Source: an uncultured delta proteobacterium
GTDB lineage: Bacteria > Desulfobacterota > Desulfobacteria > Desulfobacterales > UBA2156
Assembly (NCBI GenBank): GCA_963736855.1
Contig: CAVTQK010000021.1
Location: forward strand, 416,001-480,000
Direction of reading: 5' to 3'
Length of the DNA stretch: 64,000 nucleotides
A program made the position numbers and the translations under genes. This document shows positions 29,184-39,784 of this stretch, one piece after another. The notes beneath the pieces were generated by a model. That model was not told the DNA's origin. It ran no database searches and saw only the letters and a list, made by a program, of their open reading frames with translations. How positions within the stretch are numbered: position 1 is the first letter of the stretch; each line of letters starts with the position of its first letter.

Positions 29184-31170
29184 AAACATTGAGAATGTCT
29201 TTTCGGGCATCTACATGCTGGATGGTGATTTGGATAACGTCCTCAGGCTTGAGATCGTAGCTGCCGGGTACCGAGACCCGGCATTCCAGCATGTATTCCG
29301 GGATCAAGGCATGGTACCCGTTTCTGGACTTCCCCAACACGATGGCCTCCTCCTTCTGGCCGACCCGCCTCTCTAAAAATTTTAAGAGCCAGTAACGGCT
29401 CCTTCTGGCCTGTACGGCGGCAACGTTTGCCATAACCGGTTCCAACTCGGCAATAATCCTCTCCACTTCCTGCCGGGAGTAAGGGCGCTCAAGGCCAAAA
29501 GCGGAACGGATCTGTCGCTGGGTTATTAAATCGAAATATTTTCGGATTGGAGAAGTTCCGGTGAGGTAGGCGTCGAGCCCAAGGCCGCTATGGGGTTCGG
29601 GTTCGGGTCCTAAAACGAACCGACTGAGGAGCTTGCGCTGCATCCAGTTTTGAAAAAGGGTCCCGCCGTCGGCATTAAAAAGCCGGTCTTTTGGATGGGG
29701 CTGGGATCGAAAAACCGCGGGTATGCCCCTTTCCTTCAGAAACGAAGCCATGATCCAGTTGGCCAGGATCATGATCTCGGCCACCGCGAGACGGCTTGGA
29801 CTTTCCCGGTTGATCCGGTTGATCGAAACCTCTCCCGATTCATCAAGACGGATATGAATTTCCGGAAGAGAAATATGCAAGGCCCCCTGGCCCAACCGCT
29901 TCCGTCGATATTGTAAGGCTACGTTCACCAGAGCCTGAAGCCTCGGATCATCGCTGACTGAAAGGTTGGCATCCTGATATGTGAGCTGGTCTTTCACCCG
30001 AATCATGCTGGGGACGATTTCCCAGTTCATGATCTCTCCGCTAGTGTTCAGTTCCGCCAGGATGCTGATAGCCGGCCGCATTTCCCCGGAACAGAGGCTG
30101 CAAAGATCTTCCGAAAGATCCGATGGGATCATGGGGATCCGCCGATCCGGCATATAAATCGAACTTCCCCGTGAGAAGGCCTCCCGGTCCAGGGGGCTAT
30201 CCCTTTCAATGACTTCCCCCACGTCGGCAATATGGACGCCGAGCCGCAATTGCTTGCCGAAATCCTCAATGCACATAGCGTCATCGAAGTCTAAAGTGGC
30301 CTGACCATCGATGGTGAGAATCGATAAGTGCGTCAGATCCTTTCGAACGATGCCCGATGAAAGGGTGTATGGAGCGGCCGTCCGCAACTGAACCAGCATT
30401 TCCGCCGAAGCGGTTACCCCGGACGGAAATCGAGTGGGGATTTCCAGTCGGATCAGATCGATGTTTTCATCCAATGTCCATGCCCCCAGTTTGACGAGCA
30501 AATGAAAGATCCTGTCCGGAGTATCGATTCCGCTGTCTGATAAAAGGGTTCGGGTCAACTCAAAAGTCGGGCTTTCCTTTTCAAGAAGGTAATACGCCTT
30601 GAGCATTTCCACATAAGGCATGTCCTCTTCGGCAAGAGGCTTGTGTGCGTTTTCGATAACCATTTTCAGCCATCGTCTCCCTCGTTCCACCGCTTCCTGG
30701 CGGCGCTTTTCCTCCTCAGCATGCGCGATCATTTTTTGGACTTCGGCTTCGGAATGGGGGAAAAAACGGCCGTGATCAAACTTAAAATAGTGACGCTGAT
30801 TGAAAAGCGCCCTCACCACAGCCGATTCGTGATCTCCATCGGGAGCATTAGGAAAACAGAGTCCGGTTACTGTGGCAAGGTCGATCCAATCCTGCTCCGA
30901 ATTCAAGATCTCCCATAGCTCCACGACATTTACCTGCTCCATGAGCGCATTTCTGGTAGCGACAATTTCTTTGATTATGCCGACCAGTCTATCCCGGCGG
31001 ACGGAAGTGTCCAAAACAGCATCACTAGAATGTGAGAGGCGATTGGGGGAGAGATTGATCTCTCGATTTCCTTCGGTAATCAGGTGCAGCCGGTCGCCCT
31101 TGAGCTCTGCGACCACAGCACAGATAACTTTTTGACGGTCGATGAACTCGACGACGTTACCGATTTTCAT
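29173..31170 (-). CDS. RNB-domain exoribonuclease (RNase II family)
   Basis: TIDGQATLDFDDA catalytic motif, HIADV, SSIYMPD, EIMILAN, HSGLGL..Y...TSPIRKY.D. Confidence 0.92.
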   Translation of the reverse strand: MKIGNVVEFIDRQKVICAVVAELKGDRLHLITEGNREINLSPNRLSHSSDAVLDTSVRRDRLVGIIKEIVATRNALMEQVNVVELWEILNSEQDWIDLATVTGLCFPNAPDGDHESAVVRALFNQRHYFKFDHGRFFPHSEAEVQKMIAHAEEEKRRQEAVERGRRWLKMVIENAHKPLAEEDMPYVEMLKAYYLLEKESPTFELTRTLLSDSGIDTPDRIFHLLVKLGAWTLDENIDLIRLEIPTRFPSGVTASAEMLVQLRTAAPYTLSSGIVRKDLTHLSILTIDGQATLDFDDAMCIEDFGKQLRLGVHIADVGEVIERDSPLDREAFSRGSSIYMPDRRIPMIPSDLSEDLCSLCSGEMRPAISILAELNTSGEIMNWEIVPSMIRVKDQLTYQDANLSVSDDPRLQALVNVALQYRRKRLGQGALHISLPEIHIRLDESGEVSINRINRESPSRLAVAEIMILANWIMASFLKERGIPAVFRSQPHPKDRLFNADGGTLFQNWMQRKLLSRFVLGPEPEPHSGLGLDAYLTGTSPIRKYFDLITQRQIRSAFGLERPYSRQEVERIIAELEPVMANVAAVQARRSRYWLLKFLERRVGQKEEAIVLGKSRNGYHALIPEYMLECRVSVPGSYDLKPEDVIQITIQHVDARKDILNVFMG

Positions 31171-31176
31171 GGCGAC

Positions 31177-31205
31177 ACTTTAACAACGGGATAAGGCAAA
31201 GTCAA
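31177..31205 (-). promoter_or_regulatory. Sigma70-type promoter directly upstream of the RNB nuclease start codon
   Basis: Minus strand TTGACT-N17 (ending TGT)-TAAAGT, followed by 6 nt and then the ATG at 31170. Confidence 0.65.
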
Positions 31206-31334
31206 CGAAGGATCTGAAAGGATCCGAGGAGAAAAGGCAGCAAAACCGAAGTTGTCTCCGGCAATTTATTCTGGTATAGCTCCCGGCATCCCAGCGTCGC
31301 GTTGCTTTGCGTCATGATGGGTATTTTCGAGCCT

Positions 31335-33095
31335 ATGCGAACTTTTTACCTTGTCAGACCCTATTTTCATGAAAACCGCTTCGACATCTCGGCGGGTCTG
31401 CTCTGCCTTGTCGCCGTCGATATCTTGCAGCTTTTTATTCCCAGGGTATTGAAACTGGCAGTGGACGATCTGACGTCGTTTCGCGCCACAACAAAGGATC
31501 TTTTGCACTATGCCATCATCATTATCGCCATCGCATCGGCCATGGGGATCCTTCGATATGGATGGCGCCTGCGTCTCATGGGTCTTTCCCGGGAGGTGGA
31601 AGAAGGGTTGCGAAACCGCTTTTTTGCTCACATCCAGAGCCTTGGCGCAGGTTATTTCGACGAGACAACCACCGGCGACATCATGGCACACGCCACCAAC
31701 GACATTCAGAACGTGCGCATGGCGGTAGGCATGGGCCTGGTCGCACTGACGGACGCAGTTGTCCTGGGGATCGCCGCTGTAGGCTTCATGTCTTATATCC
31801 ACATGCGCCTGACCCTCTTTGTGCTCATCCCCATGCCCTTCATTGTTTTGTCTGCAAAATTTTTTAGCAAGCGGATGCACCACCTCTATAAGGAAGTGCA
31901 GAGCGTCTTTTCCGAAATGACGGAAGCGGTTCGGGAGCGTTTTTCCGGAATCCGCATCGTCAAAGCCTATTCTCTAGAGGAACAGGACGCTAGGGAAATG
32001 AATTCCATTTCCAGACGCTATGTTCGCACGAATCTGGCCCTGGCTCGCCTGATTCAGTCATTTTTCCCGATGATGCTTTTCTTCGCCAACCTGAGCCTGA
32101 TTCTTGTGCTCTTTCTGGGCGGACGACAGACTATTCGATTTGCCATCACCCCCGGCGATTTTGTAGCCTTTATCAGTTACCTGGGGCTGTTGACATGGCC
32201 GATGATGGCTTTAGGCTGGGTGACCAATCTAATCCAGCGCGGGGGTGCTTCTCTGGAGCGGATTGAGAAAATCTTAAACACGCTTCCTGAAGTGGCCCCG
32301 GTGGATCCGGAAAAAGCACGGGCTCCGGGAAACCTGGATCTGTCCTTTAAAGGGGTTTCCTTTTCTTATGCCGTCCGGAGTGAAGCAGAGAAAACACGCC
32401 CGGCATTGGATCTCATCGATCTGGAGGTTCCGTATGGAACGGTTCTGGGTATCGTGGGTCCGCCGGGCTCCGGCAAATCGACCTTGATAAGCCTGATCCC
32501 CCGTCTTTACGATGTGACGCACGGATCCGTCTTGTTGGGAAAAACCGATATCCGGGATATGGATCCGGGTTCCTTAAGGACTTATATCGCCTTCTTGCCT
32601 CAGGAGGCATTTCTTTTCGCGGACACCATCGAGCAGAACATCACCCTCGGGAAAGCCGGGGTCACGGAGGAGATGGTTTGGGATGCCCTTAAGAAAGCGG
32701 CCCTGGATTTAACCATCCAGGAATTTCCGGATCGGTTGAAAACTCTGGTGGGTGAAAGGGGAATCATTCTTTCAGGCGGTCAGAAGCAAAGAGTGGCACT
32801 TGCACGGACCTTCCTCTTAGATGCCCCTATCCTGGTCTTGGATGATCCTATCAGCCAGGTGGATATGGCTACCGGTCACCGGATCATCCAAGGGATCTTT
32901 TCTGATCCCCGAAAAAGGACGGTCATTATTGTCTCTCATCGACTTTCAGCCCTGCGTTTTGCAGACCGCATCATCGTGATGGATCAGGGACACATTGTCG
33001 CTTATGGAACCCATGCCGAACTCCTGGTTTCGAGCCCCTATTTCCTAAGAAACCACCAGCTACAGACCATCGAGGAAGAATTCGGTGTACGGTGA
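31335..33095 (+). CDS. ABC exporter fused permease/ATPase, heterodimer subunit 1
   Basis: TMD, then GPPGSGKST, LSGGQ, and Walker B LVLDD (non-canonical catalytic residue). Confidence 0.92.
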   Translation: MRTFYLVRPYFHENRFDISAGLLCLVAVDILQLFIPRVLKLAVDDLTSFRATTKDLLHYAIIIIAIASAMGILRYGWRLRLMGLSREVEEGLRNRFFAHIQSLGAGYFDETTTGDIMAHATNDIQNVRMAVGMGLVALTDAVVLGIAAVGFMSYIHMRLTLFVLIPMPFIVLSAKFFSKRMHHLYKEVQSVFSEMTEAVRERFSGIRIVKAYSLEEQDAREMNSISRRYVRTNLALARLIQSFFPMMLFFANLSLILVLFLGGRQTIRFAITPGDFVAFISYLGLLTWPMMALGWVTNLIQRGGASLERIEKILNTLPEVAPVDPEKARAPGNLDLSFKGVSFSYAVRSEAEKTRPALDLIDLEVPYGTVLGIVGPPGSGKSTLISLIPRLYDVTHGSVLLGKTDIRDMDPGSLRTYIAFLPQEAFLFADTIEQNITLGKAGVTEEMVWDALKKAALDLTIQEFPDRLKTLVGERGIILSGGQKQRVALARTFLLDAPILVLDDPISQVDMATGHRIIQGIFSDPRKRTVIIVSHRLSALRFADRIIVMDQGHIVAYGTHAELLVSSPYFLRNHQLQTIEEEFGVR

Positions 33096-35085
33096 TTTCG
33101 GCTATTTTGAGGAAGATCGGCTCGGAAAACCCGACAACCTGAAACTGGTCGGACGCTTATATCCGTACTCCAGGCCTTACCGATGGCTTTTCTTGCTGAC
33201 CATCGTCCTGGTTTTAATTTTGACCCTTTTGGATCTTGCCATCCCTTACGTGACCAAAGTTGCCATTGACCGTTACATCGTACCGGTATCGGATGCCTCA
33301 AACTCACATGAACCCTCACAAACTCAACCTTTAACGCGCAGCTATAGCGTCAATTTCGCAGACCCGGTGAATCAGGAAATCATCTCCCGATATCCGGAGC
33401 AATTCCTGGTGAAGGAAGGCACGGCAACGATTCCTTACGAACACCTTCGGTCAATGGATTCCGAAGATCTGAAAAAATTGCGTCAAAAAGACCTGTGGGG
33501 TGTGGGGATCGCCGCTGGAGTGCTTCTGGCTCTGGTCATCGCCAGCTTCGTTTTCAATTTCTTTCAGGTCATGGTCCTGGAATATACCGGTCAATCCATT
33601 ATGCATGACTTAAGGATCGCCCTCTTTACCCATATTGAAAACCAGATTTTAGCTTTTTTCACCAGAAATCCGGTAGGGCGGCTCGTTACCCGGGTCACCA
33701 ACGACGTACAGAATATGAACGAATTATTTACCTCGGTGATTGTTGTTATTTTCAAGGATCTCTTCCTGCTGTTCGGAATCGCTGCCGTGCTTCTCGTAAT
33801 CGACTGGAAATTGGCGCTGATCTCTTTTGCCATCCTGCCTCTTGTCGTTATCGCATCCTTCCGGTTTGCCAATCTGGCCCGGGATGCATTTCGGACACTG
33901 AGAATCAAACTCGCCGAAATCAACACGCATATCTCTGAGACCATTGCTGGCATTCGAGTGATCCAATTGTTTCGGCACGAAGCGAAAAATTTTCGGCAAT
34001 TCGAAAAGCTCAACCATGAAAACTTCATGGCGGGTATGCAGCAGATCCGTGTATTTGCCATTTTCATGCCGCTCATCGAACTCCTGGGAGCCGTCGCCAT
34101 TGCAGTCATTATCTACTTTGGCGGCGGGGCAGCGATATCCAGTCGCATCAGCCTGGGATCCCTCGTCGCATTTCTGTCCTACATGCGAATGTTCTTCAAC
34201 CCCATTCGAGATCTGGCCGAAAAATACAACGTGATGCAAAATGCCATGGCTTCTGCCGAACGGATATTCCTGATCCTGGATGCTCGGGAATCCCTTGAAA
34301 GGCCTCCTGTCGACACTCTTTCCGAGATCTCCTCGTATCTTGGCATTCAAAGCATAACTTTTGAAGACGTATCCTTCTACTATATGAAAGGAGAGCCGGT
34401 TCTGGATCGGGTCTCCTTTAAGGTTTTCCCCGGCAAAACCCTGGCCGTCATCGGCCCTACGGGATCCGGGAAAACCACACTGATCAACCTGATCCCTCGC
34501 TTTTACGATCCCGTATCCGGAAAAATATTAATAAACGGCATCGATTCGAGAAGGTGGGATCCTCATCTTTTGCGCAAAAAGATGGCATTGGTCACCCAGG
34601 ATCCGTTCCTCTTTTCCGGTACACTTTACGAAAATATTTTTCAGGGGACCGGAATTTCAGATGAAGAAGAAACTGTACGGATTTTGGAACAAGCCGGTTG
34701 CATGCCCCTGATCCGACGCCTTCCCGAGGGGATCCAAACCGCAGTTTCAGAGGGCGGGAAGTCGCTTTCAAGCGGGGAACGTCAGCTCGTCTCCATCGCC
34801 CGGGCACTTGCCAGGGATCCGGACCTTATCATTCTGGATGAGGCCACATCGTACATCGATTCCCAGACCGAATCCCTCATCCAAAACGCCCTGACCATCC
34901 TCACGACTGTAAAGACGTGCATCCTCATCGCCCACCGGCTTTCCACGGCCCGCAGAGCCGATCAGATCCTCGTCCTGAATCACGGCCGGGTGGTGGAATA
35001 TGGAGATCATGAAGCGCTGATGGACAAAAAAGGGTTTTATTTTCGATTGTACATATTACAAAGCGAAGAGCTCAATTTGCGTTGA
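33085..35085 (+). CDS. ABC exporter fused permease/ATPase, heterodimer subunit 2
   Basis: GRLVTRVTND TMD motif, GPTGSGKTT, LSSGERQ, ILDEATS, IAHRLST. Confidence 0.92.
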   Translation: MYGDFGYFEEDRLGKPDNLKLVGRLYPYSRPYRWLFLLTIVLVLILTLLDLAIPYVTKVAIDRYIVPVSDASNSHEPSQTQPLTRSYSVNFADPVNQEIISRYPEQFLVKEGTATIPYEHLRSMDSEDLKKLRQKDLWGVGIAAGVLLALVIASFVFNFFQVMVLEYTGQSIMHDLRIALFTHIENQILAFFTRNPVGRLVTRVTNDVQNMNELFTSVIVVIFKDLFLLFGIAAVLLVIDWKLALISFAILPLVVIASFRFANLARDAFRTLRIKLAEINTHISETIAGIRVIQLFRHEAKNFRQFEKLNHENFMAGMQQIRVFAIFMPLIELLGAVAIAVIIYFGGGAAISSRISLGSLVAFLSYMRMFFNPIRDLAEKYNVMQNAMASAERIFLILDARESLERPPVDTLSEISSYLGIQSITFEDVSFYYMKGEPVLDRVSFKVFPGKTLAVIGPTGSGKTTLINLIPRFYDPVSGKILINGIDSRRWDPHLLRKKMALVTQDPFLFSGTLYENIFQGTGISDEEETVRILEQAGCMPLIRRLPEGIQTAVSEGGKSLSSGERQLVSIARALARDPDLIILDEATSYIDSQTESLIQNALTILTTVKTCILIAHRLSTARRADQILVLNHGRVVEYGDHEALMDKKGFYFRLYILQSEELNLR

Positions 35086-35202
35086 AATCATTTTCCGGTT
35101 AGGCCATTTACAGGCCGGACAAAAAGCCTGATAACCGGTTCCGGTAAAATCTGTTATTTATTCCTTGCAAAAGGTTTTTTTAAATGATAGCGGTTCAACC
35201 TT

Positions 35203-35218
35203 TAGGGGAATTCCCCTA
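35203..35218. promoter_or_regulatory. Perfect 16-bp palindrome upstream of fhs, putative operator
   Basis: TAGGGGAATTCCCCTA, about 80 nt upstream of the fhs start and just downstream of a weak TTGCAA-N17-TAGCGG promoter-like element. Confidence 0.45.
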
Positions 35219-35295
35219 TATCGATGAAAATTGTTTATCAAACGGGCTGTCAGAGCCCATTTTTAAAATGCAATCAAGACAAGGAGGCATGAAAC

Positions 35296-37062
35296 ATGGC
35301 GTACGACGCAACAAAGATGGCGGACTGGCAGATTTCGGAAGCAGCTGAAAAGAAGATGCCCACCCCGGAACAATGGCGGGAAAAACTGGGTCTAAAGAAG
35401 GACGAAATGCTTCCTATGGGTCAGGTTGATGCAGGACTGGATTTTTTAAAGATCATCGAGCGGCTCAAGGACAAACCGGACGGCAAGTACATCGAGGTGA
35501 CCGCGATTACCCCTACACCGCTGGGCGAAGGCAAGAGCACCACTTCCTGCGGTCTCATGGAAGGCCTCGGCAAACGAGGTGTGAATGTCGGCGGTTGTCT
35601 GCGGCAGCCATCGGGCGGCCCGACCATGAACATCAAAGGGACCGCAGCCGGCGGCGGCAACGCCCTTCTGATTCCCATGACCGAATTTTCCATGGGTTTA
35701 ACCGGCGACATCAACGACATCATGAACGCTCACAACCTGGCCCTGGTGGCCTTAACCGCCAGAATGCAGCACGAGCGGAACTACAACGACGAACAGCTCG
35801 CACGCCTTACCCGTATGCGCCGGTTGAACGTCGATCCTACCCGCGTGGAGATGGGCTGGATCATGGACTTCTGCGCCCAGTCCTTGCGAAACATCATCAT
35901 CGGCATGGGCGGTCGACAGGACGGTTTCCTGATGCAGTCCAAGTTCGGGATTGCGGTAAGCTCCGAGCTGATGGCGATTCTTTCCATCGTGCGCGACCTG
36001 GCTGACCTGAAGGAAAAACTCAACAATATCACAGTGGCCTTTGATAAGAGCGGCAAGGTGATCACCACCCGAGACCTTGAGGTCGGTAATGCCATGACCG
36101 CCTGGATGCGCAACACCATTAACCCGACCCTCATGTCCACAGTCGAATACCAGCCTCTAATGGTTCATGCCGGGCCGTTTGCCAACATCGCCGTGGGCCA
36201 GTCCTCGATCATCGCCGACCGGGTCGGTCTGAAAATGTTCGACTATCACGTGACCGAGTCCGGCTTCGGCGCCGACATCGGCTTCGAAAAATTCTGGAAC
36301 GTCAAGTGCCGTTACAGCGGCCTGAAACCCCATGTTTCCGTGCTCACCACCACCATCCGGGCTCTCAAGATGCACGGCGGCGGACCCAAGGTCGTGGCCG
36401 GCCTGCCGCTGCCCAAAGATTATCAGAAAGAAAACCTGAGCCTGCTGGAAAAAGGCGCAGCCAACATGGTACAACACATCAACACCATCCGGATGTCCGG
36501 CATCAACCCGGTGGTCTGCATCAACTGCTTCCACACCGACACCAAGGACGAAATCGCCATGGTGCGCAAACACGCCGAGAAAGCAGGCGCGCGCTGTGCG
36601 GTTTCCACCCACTGGGCCAACGGCGGCGACGGCGCCCTGGAACTCGCCGACGCAGTCATAGATGCCTGTAAAGGTAAGCCCGAGTTTAAATTTCTGTATC
36701 CGCTGGAAATGAAGCTGCGCGAACGCGTAAACCTGATTGCCAAGAACGTTTACGGCGCAGCTGGTGTGGCCTGGACGCCTGATGCCGAGGCCAAGGCCAA
36801 GATGCTCGAGGCCGAATCCAAGTATGACGATTACACCACCATGATGGTCAAGACCCATCTGTCCCTGACCCATGATCCGGCAGTCAAGGGTACTCCCAAA
36901 GGCTGGACCCTGCCCATCCGCGACGTGCTGATCTTCTCCGGCGCCAAGTTCCTGTGCCCCTGCTGCGGCACCATCAGCCTGATGCCCGGAACCAGTTCAG
37001 ACCCGGCTTTCCGCCGCGTGGATGTCGACGTCAAAACCGGAAGAGTTTCCGGCCTCTTCTAA
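35296..37062 (+). CDS. fhs: Formate--tetrahydrofolate ligase
   Basis: [62 protein letters not shown]; strong AGGAGG RBS. Confidence 0.97.
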   Translation: MAYDATKMADWQISEAAEKKMPTPEQWREKLGLKKDEMLPMGQVDAGLDFLKIIERLKDKPDGKYIEVTAITPTPLGEGKSTTSCGLMEGLGKRGVNVGGCLRQPSGGPTMNIKGTAAGGGNALLIPMTEFSMGLTGDINDIMNAHNLALVALTARMQHERNYNDEQLARLTRMRRLNVDPTRVEMGWIMDFCAQSLRNIIIGMGGRQDGFLMQSKFGIAVSSELMAILSIVRDLADLKEKLNNITVAFDKSGKVITTRDLEVGNAMTAWMRNTINPTLMSTVEYQPLMVHAGPFANIAVGQSSIIADRVGLKMFDYHVTESGFGADIGFEKFWNVKCRYSGLKPHVSVLTTTIRALKMHGGGPKVVAGLPLPKDYQKENLSLLEKGAANMVQHINTIRMSGINPVVCINCFHTDTKDEIAMVRKHAEKAGARCAVSTHWANGGDGALELADAVIDACKGKPEFKFLYPLEMKLRERVNLIAKNVYGAAGVAWTPDAEAKAKMLEAESKYDDYTTMMVKTHLSLTHDPAVKGTPKGWTLPIRDVLIFSGAKFLCPCCGTISLMPGTSSDPAFRRVDVDVKTGRVSGLF

Positions 37063-37082
37063 CAAACGTCTCTGAACCTCTC

Positions 37083-37126
37083 AAAAACACGGAGGGTCTG
37101 CGATGATGCAGACCCTCCGTGTTTTT
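37083..37126. terminator. Bidirectional rho-independent terminator between convergent fhs and ispD
   Basis: AAAAACACGGAGGGTCTGC-gatgat-GCAGACCCTCCGTGTTTTT: 19-bp perfect stem including A/T tails on both sides. Confidence 0.9.
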
Positions 37127-37190
37127 GTCCGGCCCGAAACGCTTTGAAAACTTTCAATAAACCCTACTCTTGAAACCGTAAATCCTCCGC

Positions 37191-37913
37191 CTACAGTTGT
37201 TTTCCCGAGTGTCGGAAAACATCAGGACGTATTTGACTTCGCAAAGCCTTAGCCATGCTCAGATCTTCCGGTGTGGTGACCTTGATGTTGAACCTGCTGC
37301 CGCGTACCAGTTTCACCGGATACCCTGCCCGTTCGACCAGATGAGCGTCGTCCGTGGCCAACACCCCTTCCCGTTTGGCCTTCTCATGAGCATCTCGAAT
37401 GATATCGTACCGGAAGGATTGAGGGGTTTGAGCGATCCACACACCCTTCCTGTCAATGGTTTCACGGACCTTAAGGGACTCGTCGACTCTCTTAAGTGTA
37501 TCGGTGGCGGGAATCGCTAAAACAGCCGCACCGTTCGATTCGGCGCAATGAATAGTCTCGCTGATATGCTGCGAAAGCACAAAAGGACGTACACCGTCGT
37601 GTATCGCCACAATAGATGATATGCCCTCAGCGACCAAGAGGGCGCTATATACCGAATCCTGGCGCTCTTCCCCTCCGGGAATCAGTTCCACGGAGTGTTC
37701 AAGAGATATTGGCTGAAGGATGCACTGTTTACAGAATTCTTTATCCTCGTCGGGGATTACCATTAAAATCCGATCGATCTCCGGGCATGCATCGAAAGCC
37801 AGCAAACAGTGACACAGCATAGGCAGCCCATCAAGGATCAGATACTGCTTCCGGATTTTGGCCTGCATGCGGATCCCCTTGCCGGCTGCGACGATAATCC
37901 CGATGGTTTCCAT
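37191..37913 (-). CDS. ispD: 2-C-methyl-D-erythritol 4-phosphate cytidylyltransferase
   Basis: AAGKGIRM...KQY, GGEERQDSV, HDGVRP, AQTPQ, TDDA and NIKVTTPEDL motifs. Confidence 0.95.
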   Translation of the reverse strand: METIGIIVAAGKGIRMQAKIRKQYLILDGLPMLCHCLLAFDACPEIDRILMVIPDEDKEFCKQCILQPISLEHSVELIPGGEERQDSVYSALLVAEGISSIVAIHDGVRPFVLSQHISETIHCAESNGAAVLAIPATDTLKRVDESLKVRETIDRKGVWIAQTPQSFRYDIIRDAHEKAKREGVLATDDAHLVERAGYPVKLVRGSRFNIKVTTPEDLSMAKALRSQIRPDVFRHSGKQL

Positions 37914-37947
37914 ATGTGATGGGGTTATGCCAAAGGGAGGTATGGAA

Positions 37948-39270
37948 TCAAACAAGGTAGCGGAGTTCTTTGGGAAGAGGGACACCCTTGCCCATGGTAT
38001 CCTCGCCGTAATTCACGCTTGCCAGGATTTCGATATCTTTTAGTGCCCTGCTATCCCCTTCAAATCGGACTGCCGTGATTTGTTCTTTCTGGATCTTTCC
38101 CCCTGCCCACTGGATATCGAGAACACTGCCGGCATCGAAACGGTCCTCCCCCACGCACAGTTCTACATGACCGCCGTAGTGCTGGACAATCTTTGCGACC
38201 AAAAGGCTCGGCCTGGCATGGAACCCCAAGCTGATCGGAATACCCACTGTGATGGACCCCCGTTCGATGTTTTCATTCAGAATCTCGCGGGCCAGAGTCT
38301 TTCCTCCAGTCAGAAAATGGCAGGTGTAAAACAGACAACAGTTGATAATCCGATCCAGGAGGATATCCGGATGGACAAGGTCGACCATGCGTTCCCGTAC
38401 CTGCTGATAAACATGTTTGTACCCCGCATCGAAAAGATGACGTTCATAAAAATGTAAAAGGTGTCCCGCAGTCTGGAGCAGGTGAAAAACCAGGGAAAAA
38501 TATCCCCGAAGCTGTTTAAGCTTTCTGTTGCCGAACCGATAGCCGCCATGAATCACATACGTATCAAAAGCGGACTGCAGGTTGTGCACCAGCATTTCGA
38601 ATCGCCGGATTTCCACCTCGTTGATCTTGGAGGGAATAATTTGCCGTATCTCCTCCACGTTGTAGTGCTTGAATATCCCGAGATGATCTACGGCTTCCGC
38701 CACCTGAAGGAATTCACTGGCGATTTTGACGATATTTTTCTTCTGTTGATCTTTGTTGAGATCATCGATGTCGAATTCCAGCAACTCGCTTGTGGCAACT
38801 CCCGGAAATGCCGAAGCATCGAAACCCTTCTCCGGCAGGGAAATCTCCAAACGCTTCCCCTCCTCCAGAATGACCGGCGCCAGCTTCAGGATCGATGCCT
38901 TGATGAACTGATGGGTCGCATGTCGTTCCCGGTCGAAGTCTTCCGTATCCGGCAGATCGTAAAACCGGATCCGATTCGAAATGTGCTGCTGGGAGTAGCC
39001 ACTCAGGCTTAAATGACGAATAGCGGCGGACAGCTCCCGGTAGAAATACCAGTTGCTGCTGTTCTTTGCGCCATGGAAATCGAGCAAATCCTCGAGGAGT
39101 TGAGAAGAAAAAATCAATGTGGCATAAAGCTTTTTGGTAAAAACCAGCACCGCCGAAGACTGGTTCCTCAAATAAAGGCAACATTTCAGGTAGTCATAGG
39201 AAAAAATCCTGACCTTCTCTCCAAAGGATATTTTGTATATTTTCTTTCCGTTTTCAATTTCCTGGAACAT
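37948..39270 (-). CDS. Large protein with C-terminal HPr (PTS phosphocarrier) domain
   Basis: C-terminal LGFHARPSLLV (HPr His15 motif) and DAGSVLDI (Ser46 region), preceded by ~350 aa of unknown, probably helical, sequence. Start set at ATG 39270 because the longer ORF overlaps rnpB. Confidence 0.78.
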   Translation of the reverse strand: MFQEIENGKKIYKISFGEKVRIFSYDYLKCCLYLRNQSSAVLVFTKKLYATLIFSSQLLEDLLDFHGAKNSSNWYFYRELSAAIRHLSLSGYSQQHISNRIRFYDLPDTEDFDRERHATHQFIKASILKLAPVILEEGKRLEISLPEKGFDASAFPGVATSELLEFDIDDLNKDQQKKNIVKIASEFLQVAEAVDHLGIFKHYNVEEIRQIIPSKINEVEIRRFEMLVHNLQSAFDTYVIHGGYRFGNRKLKQLRGYFSLVFHLLQTAGHLLHFYERHLFDAGYKHVYQQVRERMVDLVHPDILLDRIINCCLFYTCHFLTGGKTLAREILNENIERGSITVGIPISLGFHARPSLLVAKIVQHYGGHVELCVGEDRFDAGSVLDIQWAGGKIQKEQITAVRFEGDSRALKDIEILASVNYGEDTMGKGVPLPKELRYLV

Positions 39271-39390
39271 GGCCTTTGCCACTCGTAGACTCCTGACTGA
39301 ATTGCACCCTGAAATCCGGGGATCCGAGACCCTCATCTGATGAAAAAAGAGAATGAAGCGACATGTCGAATCGTTCCGGGAAAAGATAAT

Positions 39391-39773
<383 letters not shown>

Positions 39774-39784
39774 AAGTTTTCAGA

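Noticed and set aside
36157..36873. 238-aa antisense ORF inside fhs (similar long antisense ORFs lie in recB, trkA, ktrB and hisB)
   Set aside because: Explained by codon bias on the opposite strand of well-supported genes; no recognisable motifs.
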